A DNA stretch of 63,119 bases, counting the filler, from Octopus bimaculoides (Eukaryota), in NCBI RefSeq assembly GCF_001194135.2. It is 4 parts of 3 records of this genome, joined end to end, with 100 filler letters (N's around TTAATTAATTAA, not from the genome) between each part and the next. Parts side by side here need not be neighbours in the genome. Positions count along the whole stretch, not along the records: positions 1 to 30,621 come from NC_068986.1; positions 30,722 to 49,818 come from NC_068989.1; 2 more parts are not named here. The stretch is one strand, 5' to 3'. Of this stretch, positions 29,164-42,875 are shown piece after piece. The notes under the pieces were generated by a model. It was not told where the DNA came from and ran no database searches. It saw only the letters and a list, made by a program, of their open reading frames with translations. Position 1 is the stretch's first letter. Every line of letters begins with the position of its first letter. The position numbers and the translations under genes are program-made.

Positions 29164-30315
29164 NNNNNNNNNNNNNNNNNNNNNNNNNNNNNNNNNNNNN
29201 NNNNNNNNNNNNNNNNNNNNNNNNNNNNNNNNNNNNNNNNNNNNNNNNNNNNNNNNNNNNNNNNNNNNNNNNNNNNNNNNNNNNNNNNNNNNNNNNNNNN
29301 NNNNNNNNNNNNNNNNNNNNNNNNNNNNNNNNNNNNNNNNNNNNNNNNNNNNNNNNNNNNNNNNNNNNNNNNNNNNNNNNNNNNNNNNNNNNNNNNNNNN
29401 NNNNNNNNNNNNNNNNNNNNNNNNNNNNNNNNNNNNNNNNNNNNNNNNNNNNNNNNNATATATACCCACACAAATACATTTGCGTATATATATTTCATCT
29501 ATTTATAATATAATAAATATGTATACGAGTATGTATACATGTGAATATATACTTATATATGCCCACATGCACATATCCATATATGTATATATATATATAT
29601 ATTTCATCCCTTTATAATGGAATACACATATATACGTGTATGTATACATGTGAATATATAATACATATATATATATATCACCTATTTATAATATATATTT
29701 ATGTACGTATGTATACGTGTGAATATATACTCATATAAACATCATCTATTTATAATAAATAATTATATATACTTAAATATATGCATACATTTATATACAT
29801 ACACAAACACACTCATATATATATATATATATATATATACATACACATACACACATGCACACACACTCGTGACCCACAGAGATTTTAATAATATGCTACT
29901 TGTGTACTATATTCCAAAATGAACTTAACTGTCGTATGTTTATATAGTATTTAATGATCTGCATTTGTTTTCATATTTAAAGAGTATTTTGCAGTTTTCA
30001 GTTTGGGTGCAGAGAAGTCTTTAAAAAAACTCCACCCTGTAAAGTTATAGGGTCAATAGATTTCCCATTGACGTTATATATGTTATGTTCGATGTACTTA
30101 GGAATTTTTTAGCATTTTATTTTTCGGTATTTTGTATTTTAAGAAATTCATTTTTAAAGTGGTAAACGTTTTAAATGGAGAAAACAGTTTCATATGTAAA
30201 AGTATGTGGGTGGTTTGTATGTGCGTGCAAGTGTGTGGGTGTATATGCATGCATGTATGTGTGTATGTGTGTGTGCGCATGTGTGTGAATATCTGTGTGT
30301 GTATAGATAGATAGG

Positions 30316-30600
30316 TTTCTTTATTAGCCACACAGGGCTCAACACAGAGGGTACAAAATACAAATGTAGAGTTTTTTTCTTTTCGAGGGGGGCGAAAACA
30401 AAGCAGAGAAAAAAAAAAAAAGTGGGGACAACGATGAAAAAAAAACATCGCAAAACGTTTGGGGTATTTACAAAAAATACGAAATAATACAGAAAATTCC
30501 CAATAAATGGGGAGGTTATCCGTGGAAAGAAAAACCTACGAAAAGACCACGGTAACCTCGGTCCTTAGTGTCACAGTTTGTTAAATAAAATTTCTTTTCT
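30316..30600 (-). mobile_element. LINE-like 3' UTR/terminus fragment
   Basis: Reverse strand ends ..ccctctgtgttgagccctgtgtggctaataaagaaa with AATAAA; the last ~45 nt match SINE tails at 36580-36635 and 54192-54240. The LINE assignment is inference. Confidence 0.45.
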
Positions 30601-30884
30601 TTATGCAAGAAACGTAAGTAANNNNNNNNNNNNNNNNNNNNNNNNNNNNNNNNNNNNNNNNNNNNTTAATTAATTAANNNNNNNNNNNNNNNNNNNNNNN
30701 NNNNNNNNNNNNNNNNNNNNNTATACACACATTTAGATGCACACACGAAAGAAAGTGAAAGGATTCGTTTTTTTTTTTGAACGAGGCACATCACATGAAG
30801 TTGTAACTAACAACATATAAATATTGTGTTGAGAAACCCTTCTGGATACAGAAATCTGAAGGCTAATATTTATATGCTATTGAG

Positions 30885-30938
<54 letters not shown>

Positions 30939-31379
30939 ACACACACATGATCATATATATATATCTTACTCGTTTCATATCTGTGCGCATGAGTTCGAAT
31001 CTCGACTACTCTCACCGGATAAAAATGCGTCCTTTGCAGTGCAGCGAAAACGGTAATAGAACGCTTAATTATCAATACATTACTCTCTTCAAACCAATTG
31101 AAAGGCTTTCATTTCTTTCATCTCCTATACCAGATAAAATGCTATCACAAGAACTGAAAAATTCATGCATTGTTGAGAAATGTGCAGACACAATGATTTA
31201 AAAATTTCCAATCTCATAAATGTTAAAACATCTTTTGTATACTAATTCCTGTGAAATTGCAAATATCTGGCGATAATGTTTTAAATGTTTCATAGAGGAA
31301 AATAAGCATTCTAAACTTTCTGATACCATAAGACTTCGGTGTCTTATTAATCTAACATGTTCAAAACATTATCGATTAT

Positions 31380-32240
31380 GACCCCAAAAGAAAATGATAG
31401 CCATTGCCAAAGAACTCCAGGTGTAGGAACTGTTCTCAGGTTTCTGGTGCACGAAGGCATTCCATACAAGTTGTATATACTGAGGAAAACCCTGCTCATA
31501 TCTCCCAAGACAAAAAGACCGTTTGCTCCATCCGAAGCGGTTACTTAACAAGAGTAAAAACCCTCACGAACATGGCACGCTTTGGTTTTCTCACATGAGA
31601 AAACCTACCATGGCCAAATGTGTAATTGGAGAAACGGCAGATAATTATGTTCAGATCGTTCTGTGATTGCTTTCGGAATGGTAAGTAACGAAGGACCTGT
31701 CAGTTCACCTCAAATCTTTCTACAGAGACTTCGAGTTAATGCTGCTGAATAAGTTGAACTGCTACAACAATTGTTAAGCCCTGGATGAAAAGAGTACGAA
31801 TTTGAATGACACATATGTTTCAATAGGACGCGGCAATTTCTCTCAAAACCCACACGACCCAAGAATAGGTATCAGACAATCTTTACGATCAGTTAACACC
31901 TAGGTTGTAGCTATCAAACTCACCAGATTTAAATCTCATGGGCCACTACGTTTGGAGCTCTACTGAAAAGGAGATTAATCGGCATCCTCACAACACCATA
32001 GCTTCACAGAAGGTCACCATTATTCAAGTGATGTCCCAAATGAATATGGACCATTCAGTGCAGGCATATTGGCGATTCCACTCTCGTGTTGAGACAGTCG
32101 TCGAAACTAAAGAAAAATTCATAGAATAATCTTATCAGGAACATGTGCATAAATTTGTATTAAAGTACATTTGGTCTTTTTCAGGTTAGCTGTTTCAAAA
32201 AATTGCCAAATATGTCCTCAAATATCTCTCCCACCTTTTA
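31380..32240 (+). mobile_element. DD37D (maT-type) Tc1/mariner transposon remnant
   Basis: FQ*DAA (D at 31827) to NSPDLNLMGHYVW with 37 residues between D and the expected third D (now G at 31941). C-terminus RFHSRVETVVETKEKFIE* at 32129. Upstream FS(H)EK..NWRN.R and GMVSNEG..PQIF..LRVNA. Confidence 0.8.
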
Positions 32241-33289
32241 CATATACATATGCGTACACATGGTAACACGCATATATATTTCTCTATTTATAATTCTATA
32301 CTGTTACCTCGATGGTAGATCATCCAATAAATATGTGAAGACTAATGTGTTTTAGTAACGGTGATATCATCATTTAACTCCAGGCAATATGATTCAAACA
32401 CAGAACATCTGCTACTTCTGCGAATATATTTGATAGTAAATGTATTTGATGGCTATTTTTCTTTATTTCCGGTTTATTTGATTGTTAAACATTCAGTTAT
32501 TAATCTTATATTTATGTTTATCGTTTACTTGTTTCAGTCAATAAACTGCAGTCGTGCTGGTGAACCGCCATGAAGAGTATAGTCCAGCAAATCACCGCGT
32601 CAACATATTATTTTATAATCTGTTACAGGGAGATAAATCCCCACTGATTGTCAGGTGATAATGGGGGACAAACACAACCATATGGATATACACACAGCAG
32701 ATGTATAAATGCGAGAATAGACTATTTGTCTAAACCATGGTTTCTTAACTTTTCCTTTTCCTTCTCCCTTTTGTTTATACTCTATGCTCTTGTTTTTCAC
32801 TCTGATGAAGATCGGTTGCCTTAATTCGAATGCTCTATGAAAATGAAGAATTATATTCTCGCATTTATGTATACACTGCATTCTGGGAATTTTGATCAGA
32901 AACAGCTGTTAGCTTGGTTATGTCTTGCTTTGTATCAATAAACAAACTTTAAAGTGGTCCTATCGATGGTTAATCTATGTTTTTCTCCATTTTCTAACTA
33001 TTTGCATTGGTTCCTGAAAAACTTTTGCTTATCCTATTGTCACCTGCGCTCGACGTATATGGTGTCCATGCACACCATTTCCCGGGGATAACATAGGTAA
33101 CAGACACTGATTGTACATACGGATATTTTATCCCTTAGGTGGTTACTACAACTGCTTACTCTCTCTTTCTCTCTCTCTCTCTCTCGCTTTTTCTCTCTCT
33201 CTCTCTCTATATATATACACACACGCATATATATATACACATACGCTTTTCTTTTATGTTTAAGCCCAAAGGTTTTGCCTATGTTGGGG

Positions 33290-33800
33290 CATCGACGTTG
33301 CAGCACTTGCCTCTACCTTTCCAATACTACCAACCCCACAGGCACCCATCATTGTCTTTATCATATCCCCGACTCCTTTACCTGCACTTCTAGCAACGTC
33401 CTTTACTGCATCTCCTGCCCTTTCTGCCGTCCTCTATACATCGGTCAAACAGGACGCCACTTGGCTGACTGATTCGCGGAGCATCTCTGAAACACCAGAC
33501 TCAGCAATGACACCCCGGTCTCGTGCCATTTCTGCTCTACCGGTCATTCACTCCAATACCTGTCTGTGTTCCGACTATCTTTGCACAGGAACCATCCGGA
33601 CTCCTGCCTTCATCGTGAACAGGGATTAATCTTATCTCTTCGGACCTTAGCACCACATGGCCTCTACTCCCCTCCTCTCCTCTCTTCCTCTGACACTAAA
33701 TTCCTCTCTTCACTCTTACTCACCTTTCCTCTCTTCATCTGACACTAGCTCCCTCTCTTCACTCATAGCCACCTCTCCTCTTTTCTCTTTCTCTGACACC
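33290..33800 (+). pseudogene. Penelope-like retroelement GIY-YIG endonuclease remnant plus pyrimidine-rich 3' region
   Basis: Single frame SFTCTSSNVLYCISCPFCRPLYIGQTGRHLAD*FAEHL*..HFCSTGH..REQGLILSLRTLAPHGL. It carries the VxY..YIGQT.R motif; the two stops are TGA at positions compatible with mutated CGA (Arg). Confidence 0.85.
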
Positions 33801-35724
33801 TAGTTTCTCTTGAGGTTGTACGTACAATGTATATTTGTATGTGATTCACATTGACAAAAACACAATTGATTTTGATTGGTTGTTTCCACTAACGGTCTTT
33901 CAGAAGTATCAAGTTGAGACAGCAAATATACAAATAGAAAATAAAATAAAATAAGAAATAGAAAATAAAAATATAAATAAAAATGCATGAATATCGTGTT
34001 GTATAGAATCGAAGAAAACCTTGAGCCAAAAAAAAATTTTAAGTTAAAAAAGAAATCATCCATGTCCAGAGCAAATTAATTAATGGTAAATAAATAATTA
34101 ATTAATATAAATGTAAGTTTGTCTTGAAATATTAAAAAGAATTTTTGATCCATTGGGTTGAGAAAGCTCGTAGATATTAAAACAATAACGGACTTCTTAT
34201 CTACACGCACATCCATAGAAAAGAAGACGTATAAAAAAAAATTATACTTATATATACGAAATACATGTGCATATATTCACATGAATACATTAACACGTGC
34301 ATATACATAAATATACGTATACCTGCACAAAAGCATACATACATACACACATACAAAATAATTCAATAAAGAACAATTGCAACGATCATAAAATGTTCTT
34401 ATGCCTCTTTAGTAATATTAATCTAAAGTTATTTTAATCGAAAATAATCACTGCCTATTTTTATTATTTGATAAGGTCTATATAATATGTTAAAAATTTA
34501 TGGTGGAGTATGAATTATATTTTATTTACAATTACTATATGCTATGATAGAAAAAAAAAGGATATATTTTATTCAGACACTAGATTCATTAAAACTTGTT
34601 TTAATCAACGAGGCATTCACCCGAAAGCTTCTACTAAATACGCCGATGTTAGACAAACGTATAAAGCTACGTTTGTTATAAACTATGCTATTTCTTAGTT
34701 TTACAGAAGGATACAAATTAGAAGAAGCCAATAGTTTTACCATTCTATAATTTGTATGTGTATACAAGTTCGACAGATCATAATATGATGATATATACTA
34801 AATATTATGGGGTCTACAAGAAATATTCATAATATGAATAATTATTCATAAACATATATAATTTTATATAATAATTATTCTAATCTATTTATTCGTACTA
34901 ATGTAAACGTTATTCTAAATAAATAACAAGTAAAAAATACCGCCGTAAATCAATGGTTATATATTTATATATTCATTGCTTACGGAAAAATAACCGGAAA
35001 TACGTACTTATAATAGAAATTATTTTAATCACGATAGGGCCTTTTATAAAATTATTCATATATTATTATTATCAAATTCAATTTATATATTTATAATAAT
35101 TTATATAAAGATGATAGCATAATTAAAACTTATATCATAAATTTAACTACGAAAATAATGATATAGTTTACACCCAAGACAGATATATTTTATGGTACTA
35201 AATTTATAAATTAATCCACTGAAATATTATAGACTTCCTCATTTATATACTAGTTTAAAGCTACAAACTTTTCATTTAAAATGAAAATAAAACCTTATAA
35301 ATCATTCATTATAATGGCAAAAGTTTTTCCTAAAGCTATAAACCATTGAGTTTAATAAAAAAAAAAAAAAAAAANNNNNNNNNNNNNNNNNNNNNNNNNN
35401 NNNNNNNNNNNNNNNNNNNNNNNNNNNNNNNNNNNNNNNNNNNNNNNNNNNNNNNNNNNNNNNNNNNNNNNNNNNNNNNNNNNNNNNNNNNNNNNNNNNN
35501 NNNNNNNNNNNNNNNNNNNNNNNNNNNNNNNNNNNNNNNNNNNNNNNNNNNNNNNNNNNNNNNNNNNNNNNNNNNNNNNNNNNNNNNNNNNNNNNNNNNN
35601 NNNNNNNNNNNNNNNNNNNNNNNNNNNNNNNNNNNNNNNNNNNNNNNNNNNNNNNNNNNNNNNNNNNNNNNNNNNNNNNNNNNNNNNNNNNNNNNNNNNN
35701 NNNNNNNNNNNNNNNNNNNNNNNN

Positions 35725-35775
<51 letters not shown>

Positions 35776-36412
35776 CATATACATATATATACATACATAT
35801 ACGTTAGTATAAAGCAGTAACGAGCACAAGGTCGTGGTTTCAATTCCCGATGTATTGAGTAAAAAAAAAATCATTTCCCGTAATTCCATTTGATTCCGCT
35901 AGCATCCGATACAGGGGAAGAGTTATGATCTCGGTCACTTACACAGCGTGGGAAACAGGGAAACCGGTACCATGGGACTTAAAACTTGAAACAGGATTGT
36001 CCAGGGGACTTAATTTACTTACATCCTTCATTGTGATGATAGTCATTTATCTCAAAGACTTTTGTGACATCTGCGGGACTTCCATTCAATCAGACGATGG
36101 CGACAAGAAATAGAGATGCATTCTTTGTATCCTTTGATCACAGATTGTTCAGACAGAACGGCTTTTGAGCTTTGATGTCGTAATCGACTTCGTTCCAGAG
36201 AATTATGATCGGATTAAGAATGGGTGGTTGAAATAGTCAGGACATTAGCTTAATGTTTTGTGATTATTTTTTTTATTTAGAAATGAATTGCTTAACTAAA
36301 CGAGTGATGTATTCGTTGTCATAGTCGTGTAGCATCATCCAGTTGAGCAGTGGTCATTGGAACGGTGTACAAAAACGTCTCTCAAGAGTGAATTTATTCG
36401 AACATTTCATGA

Positions 36413-36838
36413 TGTAGGCGCCGGCGTGGCTGCGACGTAAGAAGCTTGCATCCCAACCACATGTCTCCAGAGTCAGCCCGACTGCGTGGCATCTTGGTCA
36501 AGAACCTTCTACTATATACTTAGGTTATCCGAAGCCTTGTGAGTGTAATCGGTGGACGGTGTAATCGACTTAATCCATTTGTCTGTCCTTGTTTGTCCCC
36601 TCTATGTTTAGCCCCTTGAAGGTCATAAAGAAATACGAAACGTTAGCACGCCGGGCAGCAATGATTAGCAGTATTTAGCCTGCCGTTACGTTCTGAGGTC
36701 GAATTTCGCCGACATCGACTTAGACTTTCATGCTTTCGTGGTCGGTAAATTAAGTACCAGTTGCGTACTGGAGTCGACCTAAGCGACTGCCAGCCTCCCC
36801 TAAAAATTCAGATTTTGTGCCTAGAGTAGAAAAGAATA
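36413..36838 (+). mobile_element. Chimeric type A head with LINE-like tail (36413-36635), followed by a type C SINE (36640-36838)
   Basis: Within-window homology to 8944-8800 (head), 54192-54270 (tail) and 26657-26873. Confidence 0.75.
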
Positions 36839-37079
36839 CATACATACATACATACATNNNNNNNNNNAGAAAAGAATACATACATACATACATACATACA
36901 TACATACATACATACATACAAGCATGCATACATAAATACACACATGCATACACACATATATACATACATTCTTACACACATACACATGCATCAATACACA
37001 CATCACAGACATTTATATCAATAAATAAATGAATCTATCTTTCTATCTGTGTCGCGCTGTCAGTCTGTCTACCTATTTT

Positions 37080-37135
<56 letters not shown>

Positions 37136-37294
37136 ATACATACTCTCAAACCCACACAGAACACACTCAAATATATATGTACCTTTGTGTACATGTATAT
37201 GTATATATATATATATACATATGTGTGGGTGTGTGTGTGTTTGCGTGTGTGCGTGTGAGTGTGTGTGTGTTTGCGTGTGAGTGTGTGTGTGCGC

Positions 37295-37340
<46 letters not shown>

Positions 37341-37342
<2 letters not shown>

Positions 37343-37631
37343 TCTTTTATTCTGTTACATGCTTCAGTCATTCGACCGTGTCCATTCTGGACAGTGGCCT
37401 TGAAGGGTTTTAGTCGCAAAAATTGATCCCAGGACTTACTTCTTAAGAATAGTAACCATTCTATCGGTCTCTTTCACAGAACTGCAAATGTTACAGGGAT
37501 GCAATCGCACCAACACCGGCTCCTATTACTTCCAGCCGGAGGCTATAGTAGGAGGTGCGACACAATGGCACTAAATTCGGAACCATATGGTTGGGAATCT
37601 GTCTTCTTACCACACAACCACACCTGCGCCT
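37341..37631 (-). mobile_element. SINE type A, internally deleted and degenerate
   Basis: Tail and head homologous to 8538-8944. Confidence 0.75.
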
Positions 37632-37682
37632 ATACATTCATACATACATACATACATACATACATACACGCATATATATCTA

Positions 37683-37740
<58 letters not shown>

Positions 37741-37870
37741 CATGCGTATATATATTCTTAATAGAAGTCATGATAAAATCATGGTAATGATAATATTGAG
37801 TTGGAGAAGGTTATTTCCTGATCCCTTTAATATAATTATATAATTATATAAATATAGTTATTAATTTTCG

Positions 37871-37960
<90 letters not shown>

Positions 37961-38977
37961 TATATATATATATATATATATATATANNNNNNNNNNNNNN
38001 NNNNNNNNNNNNNNNNNNNNNNNNNNNNNNNNNNNNNNNNNNNNNNNNNNNNNNNNNNNNNNNNNNNNNNNNNNNNNNNNNNNNNNNNNNNNNNNNNNNN
38101 NNNNNNNNNNNNNNNNNNNNNNNNNNNNNNNNNNNNNNNNNNNNNNNNNNNNNNNNNNNNNNNNNNNNNNNNNNNNNNNNNNNNNNNNNNNNNNNNNNNN
38201 NNNNNNNNNNNNNNNNNNNNNNNNNNNNNNNNNNNNNNNNNNNNNNNNNNNNNNNNNNNNNNNNNNNNNNNNNNNNNNNNNNNNNNNNNNNNNNNNNGGG
38301 GAGAAAGAGAAAGAGAGAGAGAGATGGAGAGAAAAACAGCTTGTTTTAAATCTCTGAGTGAGAGATACACAGAAACAGTACCGAATAATAAAGTTTATTT
38401 GCCAACAGAATGTGGCGGTCCTATAAATAACCATGTTACTGTTGTTTTAGCCGCAGGAAAACATCTTTTCTAGCTGGCTACGGACACACAGTTTGTGTCC
38501 GTATAGCATTTGCAAGAGAGGTCATCGCTCCCATCTCTAGCCTTATGTCATACTCACAGACGTAAGTTTCTCACTGGTTATCCGTCCTCAGTGTTAGATA
38601 ACCACAGGCTATTGACGAAAGCTCTCTCTAATCGCAAATACTATATATTCTTTAAGCGACACACACGCATAAAATCAAAATAAGCAACAGGCCATCAAGA
38701 AGTGATGCGGTACGACCGTTTCAAGCGGCTCCATTTAATTGAACAATGCAATCATGACAACAATTTAAATGCAGAGCTGTCATCAGCTGCACAAACAGAA
38801 TTTTAATCAGTTGGCGACATTAATATGATTTTTTTCTTAAATAGTTTAACAGAGCAAGAAGATGAAAGAAATCTATGTTGTCGCTATTGTAGGTAAGAAT
38901 AGATGACACTTCCAAGAAAGGGATGAAGCCTATTGGAGTCATAGCTTGTAAAGGATTGTGGTTCATTTCTAACGTAT

Positions 38978-39024
<47 letters not shown>

Positions 39025-40295
39025 NNNNNNNNNNNNNNNNNNNNNNNNNNNNNNNNNNNNNNNNNNNNNNNNNNNNNNNNNNNNNNNNNNNNNNNNNNNN
39101 NNNNNNNNNNNNNNNNNNNNNNNNNNNNNNNNNNNNNNNNNNNNNNNNNNNNNNNNNNNNNNNNNNNNNNNNNNNNNNNNNNNNNNNNNNNNNNNNNNNN
39201 NNNNNNNNNNNNNNNNNNNNNNNNNNNNNNNNNNNNNNNNNNNNNNNNNNNNNNNNNNNNNNNNNNNNNNNNNNNNNNNNNNNNNNNNNNNNNNNNNNNN
39301 NNNNNNNNNNNNNNNNNNNNNNNNNNNNNNNNNNNNNNNNNNNNNNNNNNNNNNNNNNNNNNNNNNNNNNNNNNNNNNNNNNNNNNNNNNNNNNNNNNNN
39401 NNNNNNNNNNNNNNNNNNNNNNNNNNNNNNNNNNNNNNNNNNNNNNNNNNNNNNNNNNNNNNNNNNNNNNNNNNNNNNNNNNNNNNNNNNNNNNNNNNNN
39501 NNNNNNNNNNNNNNNNNNNNNNNNNNNNNNNNNNNNNNNNNNNNNNNNNNNNNNNNNNNNNNNNNNNNNNNNNNNNNNNNNNNNNNNNNNNNNNNNNNNN
39601 NNNNNNNNNNNNNNNNNNNNNNNNNNNNNNNNNNNNNNNNNNNNNNNNNNNNNNNNNNNNNNNNNNNNNNNNNNNNNNNNNNNNNNNNNNNNNNNNNNNN
39701 NNNNNNNNNNNNNNNNNNNNNNNNNNNNNNNNNNNNNNNNNNNNNNNNNNNNNNNNNNNNNNNNNNNNNNNNNNNNNNNNNNNNNNNNNNNNNNNNNNNN
39801 NNNNNNNNNNNNNNNNNNNNNNNNNNNNNNNNNNNNNNNNNNNNNNNNNNNNNNNNNNNNNNNNNNNNNNNNNNNNNNNNNNNNNNNNNNNNNNNNNNNN
39901 NNNNNNNNNNNNNNNNNNNNNNNNNNNNNNNNNNNNNNNNNNNNNNNNNNNNNNNNNNNNNNNNNNNNNNNNNNNNNNNNNNNNNNNNNNNNNNNNNNNN
40001 NNNNNNATATATATATATATAAGCGTATATACAGCTATAGTAAATACTCACGCATACATATGCATTGCTGTATCTACACACACACACAGAGGTATACACA
40101 GAAACGCACATATATACACGTACACACATATATACACAAGGCCATTTTGCACATTGTGGCACAAATCTGAGCACGAATTTTAATTTGATTGTTGAGATAG
40201 ACAGGGAAGAGGAAAGAAACGTGAGAGTAGTGTTAGGAAAGGGAGAGAGAGAGAGAGGGAGAGAGAAGAGCAGAGATGCAGGGAGAGAAACGGTG

Positions 40296-40340
<45 letters not shown>

Positions 40341-40350
40341 NNNNNNNNNN

Positions 40351-40395
<45 letters not shown>

Positions 40396-40484
40396 AAACA
40401 TAGTGAGATGATAGGAGACAGTGAAATATTAGGAGCAATGTCATCGGATATGATGTTATATCCACGATTTGACATCTATAACAG

Positions 40485-41910
40485 GTGGTGGTTATGATGG
40501 TGGTATATAGAATAGGGAGAGGAGAAGGAGGAGGAGATGAATACTGGAGTCAAAGAAGCAGCAGCAGTAACAGTAGTAGTAGTAGTAGTGGTAGTAGTAG
40601 TAGCAGCTACTTAGAACATACTAAACAGACTAGTCTCAATAAATCTCTTATACTGTGGCACGAACAGAGTAAATTCCTTGAAGAATTTTTAATTTCCTCA
40701 TTCTTCACAATAAGGGACGCCCACTGTGGAAGCGGCGGCGGTGGCGGTGGTGGTGATGGTGGTGGTGGTGTTGGTAGGGGTGATGCTGGTTGTTTTCGTG
40801 TTGGTGGTGGTAGTAGTGGTGGTGGTATTGGTGATAATATTGGTGTTGAGGTTGGTTGTGGTGGGGTTGGTGTAGGTGGTGGTGTTTATGGTAGTGGTGT
40901 TGGTGGTGGTGGTGGTAGTGGTGGTGGCGGTAGTTGTGGTGGTGGAAGTGGTAGTGTTAACGGTGGTGGTAGCGGTGGTAGCGATGGTAGTGGCGGTGGC
41001 GGTGGTAGTATTGACGGTGCAGTTGGTAGGGCTGGTGTTGGTTGTGCTGCAGGTGGAAGTGAAAGCATGGTGTGCTGATGGCGTTGTTGGTGGATTTATG
41101 ATGGTGGTGAGTGTGTGGTTTACTGATGACGAAGCTCGTGATGACGAAGTTGCGGTGGTGAAGGTAGGGGATGGGGTGCTTGGGTTAGTGATGACAAAAA
41201 AGGCAAACGCTCTACTGATGGTGATATGGGAGACGGTGGGAGAGGGGTGATGTTGATGGAGGTCGTGATTATGGAGTGGTGGTCACGGTGCTAGTCCCCT
41301 TGGTCGCAAGGATGTTGATGATGGTGCTACCTCTAGTAATAGTGGTGATGGTCACAATGGTATTAGTGAGTGTGATAAACGTTGTAGTAACGACAATGAT
41401 GATGATGATGATGATGATGAGGGTGATGGTGGTGGTGGAAGTGATGGAGGTGGTGCTAGTGGCGGTGGTGGTGGTAGTGTTATTGTTGTTGTTGTTGGTG
41501 GTGGTAGTGGTGGTAATAACGGTGATGCTGATGGTGGTGATGATGGTGGTGGTGGTGGTGGTAGTAGTGGTGGTGGTAGTGGTGATGGCGGTGATGCTGA
41601 TGGTGGTGATGATGGTGTTGTTGGTGGTGATAGTAGTGGTGGTGGTAGTGGTAGAGGCGGTAGTGGTGTTGGTAATGGTAGTGGTATTGGTGTTTGGTTG
41701 TGTTGTGAGTGGTGTAGGAGGTATTGGTGGGGGTGGTGTTTGTGGTGGTGGTGTTGATGGCGGCGATGGTGGTGGTGGTTGGGGTGGTAGTAGTGGTGGT
41801 CGAGATAGTTGTGGTGGTTGTATTGAACGCCGTAGTAATAGCTGAGTAGTCACCGTAATAATAGTAGTAAGAGTGATGATAGTAAAGGTGGCGATGGTGG
41901 TGGTGGCAGT
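40485..41910 (+). repeat. Degenerate (GGT/GAT/GTA)n triplet low-complexity block
   Basis: Triplet-periodic, G-rich plus strand; produces Gly/Val/Thr/Pro pseudo-ORFs in several frames. Confidence 0.9.
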
Positions 41911-41929
41911 AGAGGTAATGCTGTTGGCA

Positions 41930-42365
41930 CGAGGTCTAAAACATTTGGGGGGACGGGGTCAGTCGGCTAAATCGATCCGAGGACCAGATCGGTACTTTTA
42001 TTTTCTTGACCACAGAATGATAAGAAGCAAAGATGACACCGGCGGAATTTGAACCCAACGTAATGATTTAGAAAATAATGCATTCTGTGTAACAATCTCG
42101 CGGTTTTGCCAGCTCAAAACTTTGATGGTAATAATAATGAAAACATTTTCTATTAATAGCACAAAGCCTGGAATTTGTGGGAAGGGGATTAGTCGAATAC
42201 GTCGACCCCATTGTTTCTCTGGCACTTTATTCATCAACACCGAAAGGATGAAAGGCAAAGTGGACCTCAGCAGATTTCGAACTGTGAACGTATAGACGGA
42301 CGAAATACCGCTAAGCATTTCGTCCAGCGTGCTAACAATTCTGGCAGCTCGCCGCCTTTTTGACG
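41930..42365 (-). mobile_element. Two tandem type C SINEs
   Basis: Two ggaatttgaac/agatttcgaac B-box regions and heads at about 42120 and 42365. Confidence 0.8.
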
Positions 42366-42441
<76 letters not shown>

Positions 42442-42443
<2 letters not shown>

Positions 42444-42875
42444 TGGCAATACACACAGATAGAAAAATTAAGGCCAATAGGCCGGATATAGTTGTCAGAG
42501 ATTATCAAGGGAAAAAAATGCTTTCTAATTGATGTATCAATACCAACAGATGACAATGTTTCTCTAAAAGAAATGGAGAAGATCTGGAAATAGAGGTAAC
42601 TCGAATGTGAAATCTAAAAACAGAAACAATTCCTATCATAGTAAGTGCCTTAGGTATAATAAAAAAGTATTCAAACAAATACATAACAAAATCACCAGGA
42701 CTAATAAATATATATAGCATACAGAAAATAGCACTACTAGGCACCACACAAATCCTACGTAAAACACTTTCGATACAGTAACCATGAGAGCGTCACAGCA
42801 AACCACAGCACATGCCCAAGGCACACAGAGCTGCGCTCGGTAGTGAAGTGAAAGCACGTTATAAAAATTAGACTA

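Noticed and set aside
33870-33915. Possible hammerhead on the minus strand (CTGAAAGA..GAAAC)
   Set aside because: Core spacing is wrong, there is no UH cleavage site and no stem I or III; at best a decayed PLE end.
36820-36900. Direct repeat agaaaagaatacatacat on both sides of a 10-N gap
   Set aside because: Most likely unmerged overlapping contig ends.
41269-41853. Mucin- or proline-rich ORFs on both strands
   Set aside because: A by-product of triplet low-complexity sequence; no splice or domain support.
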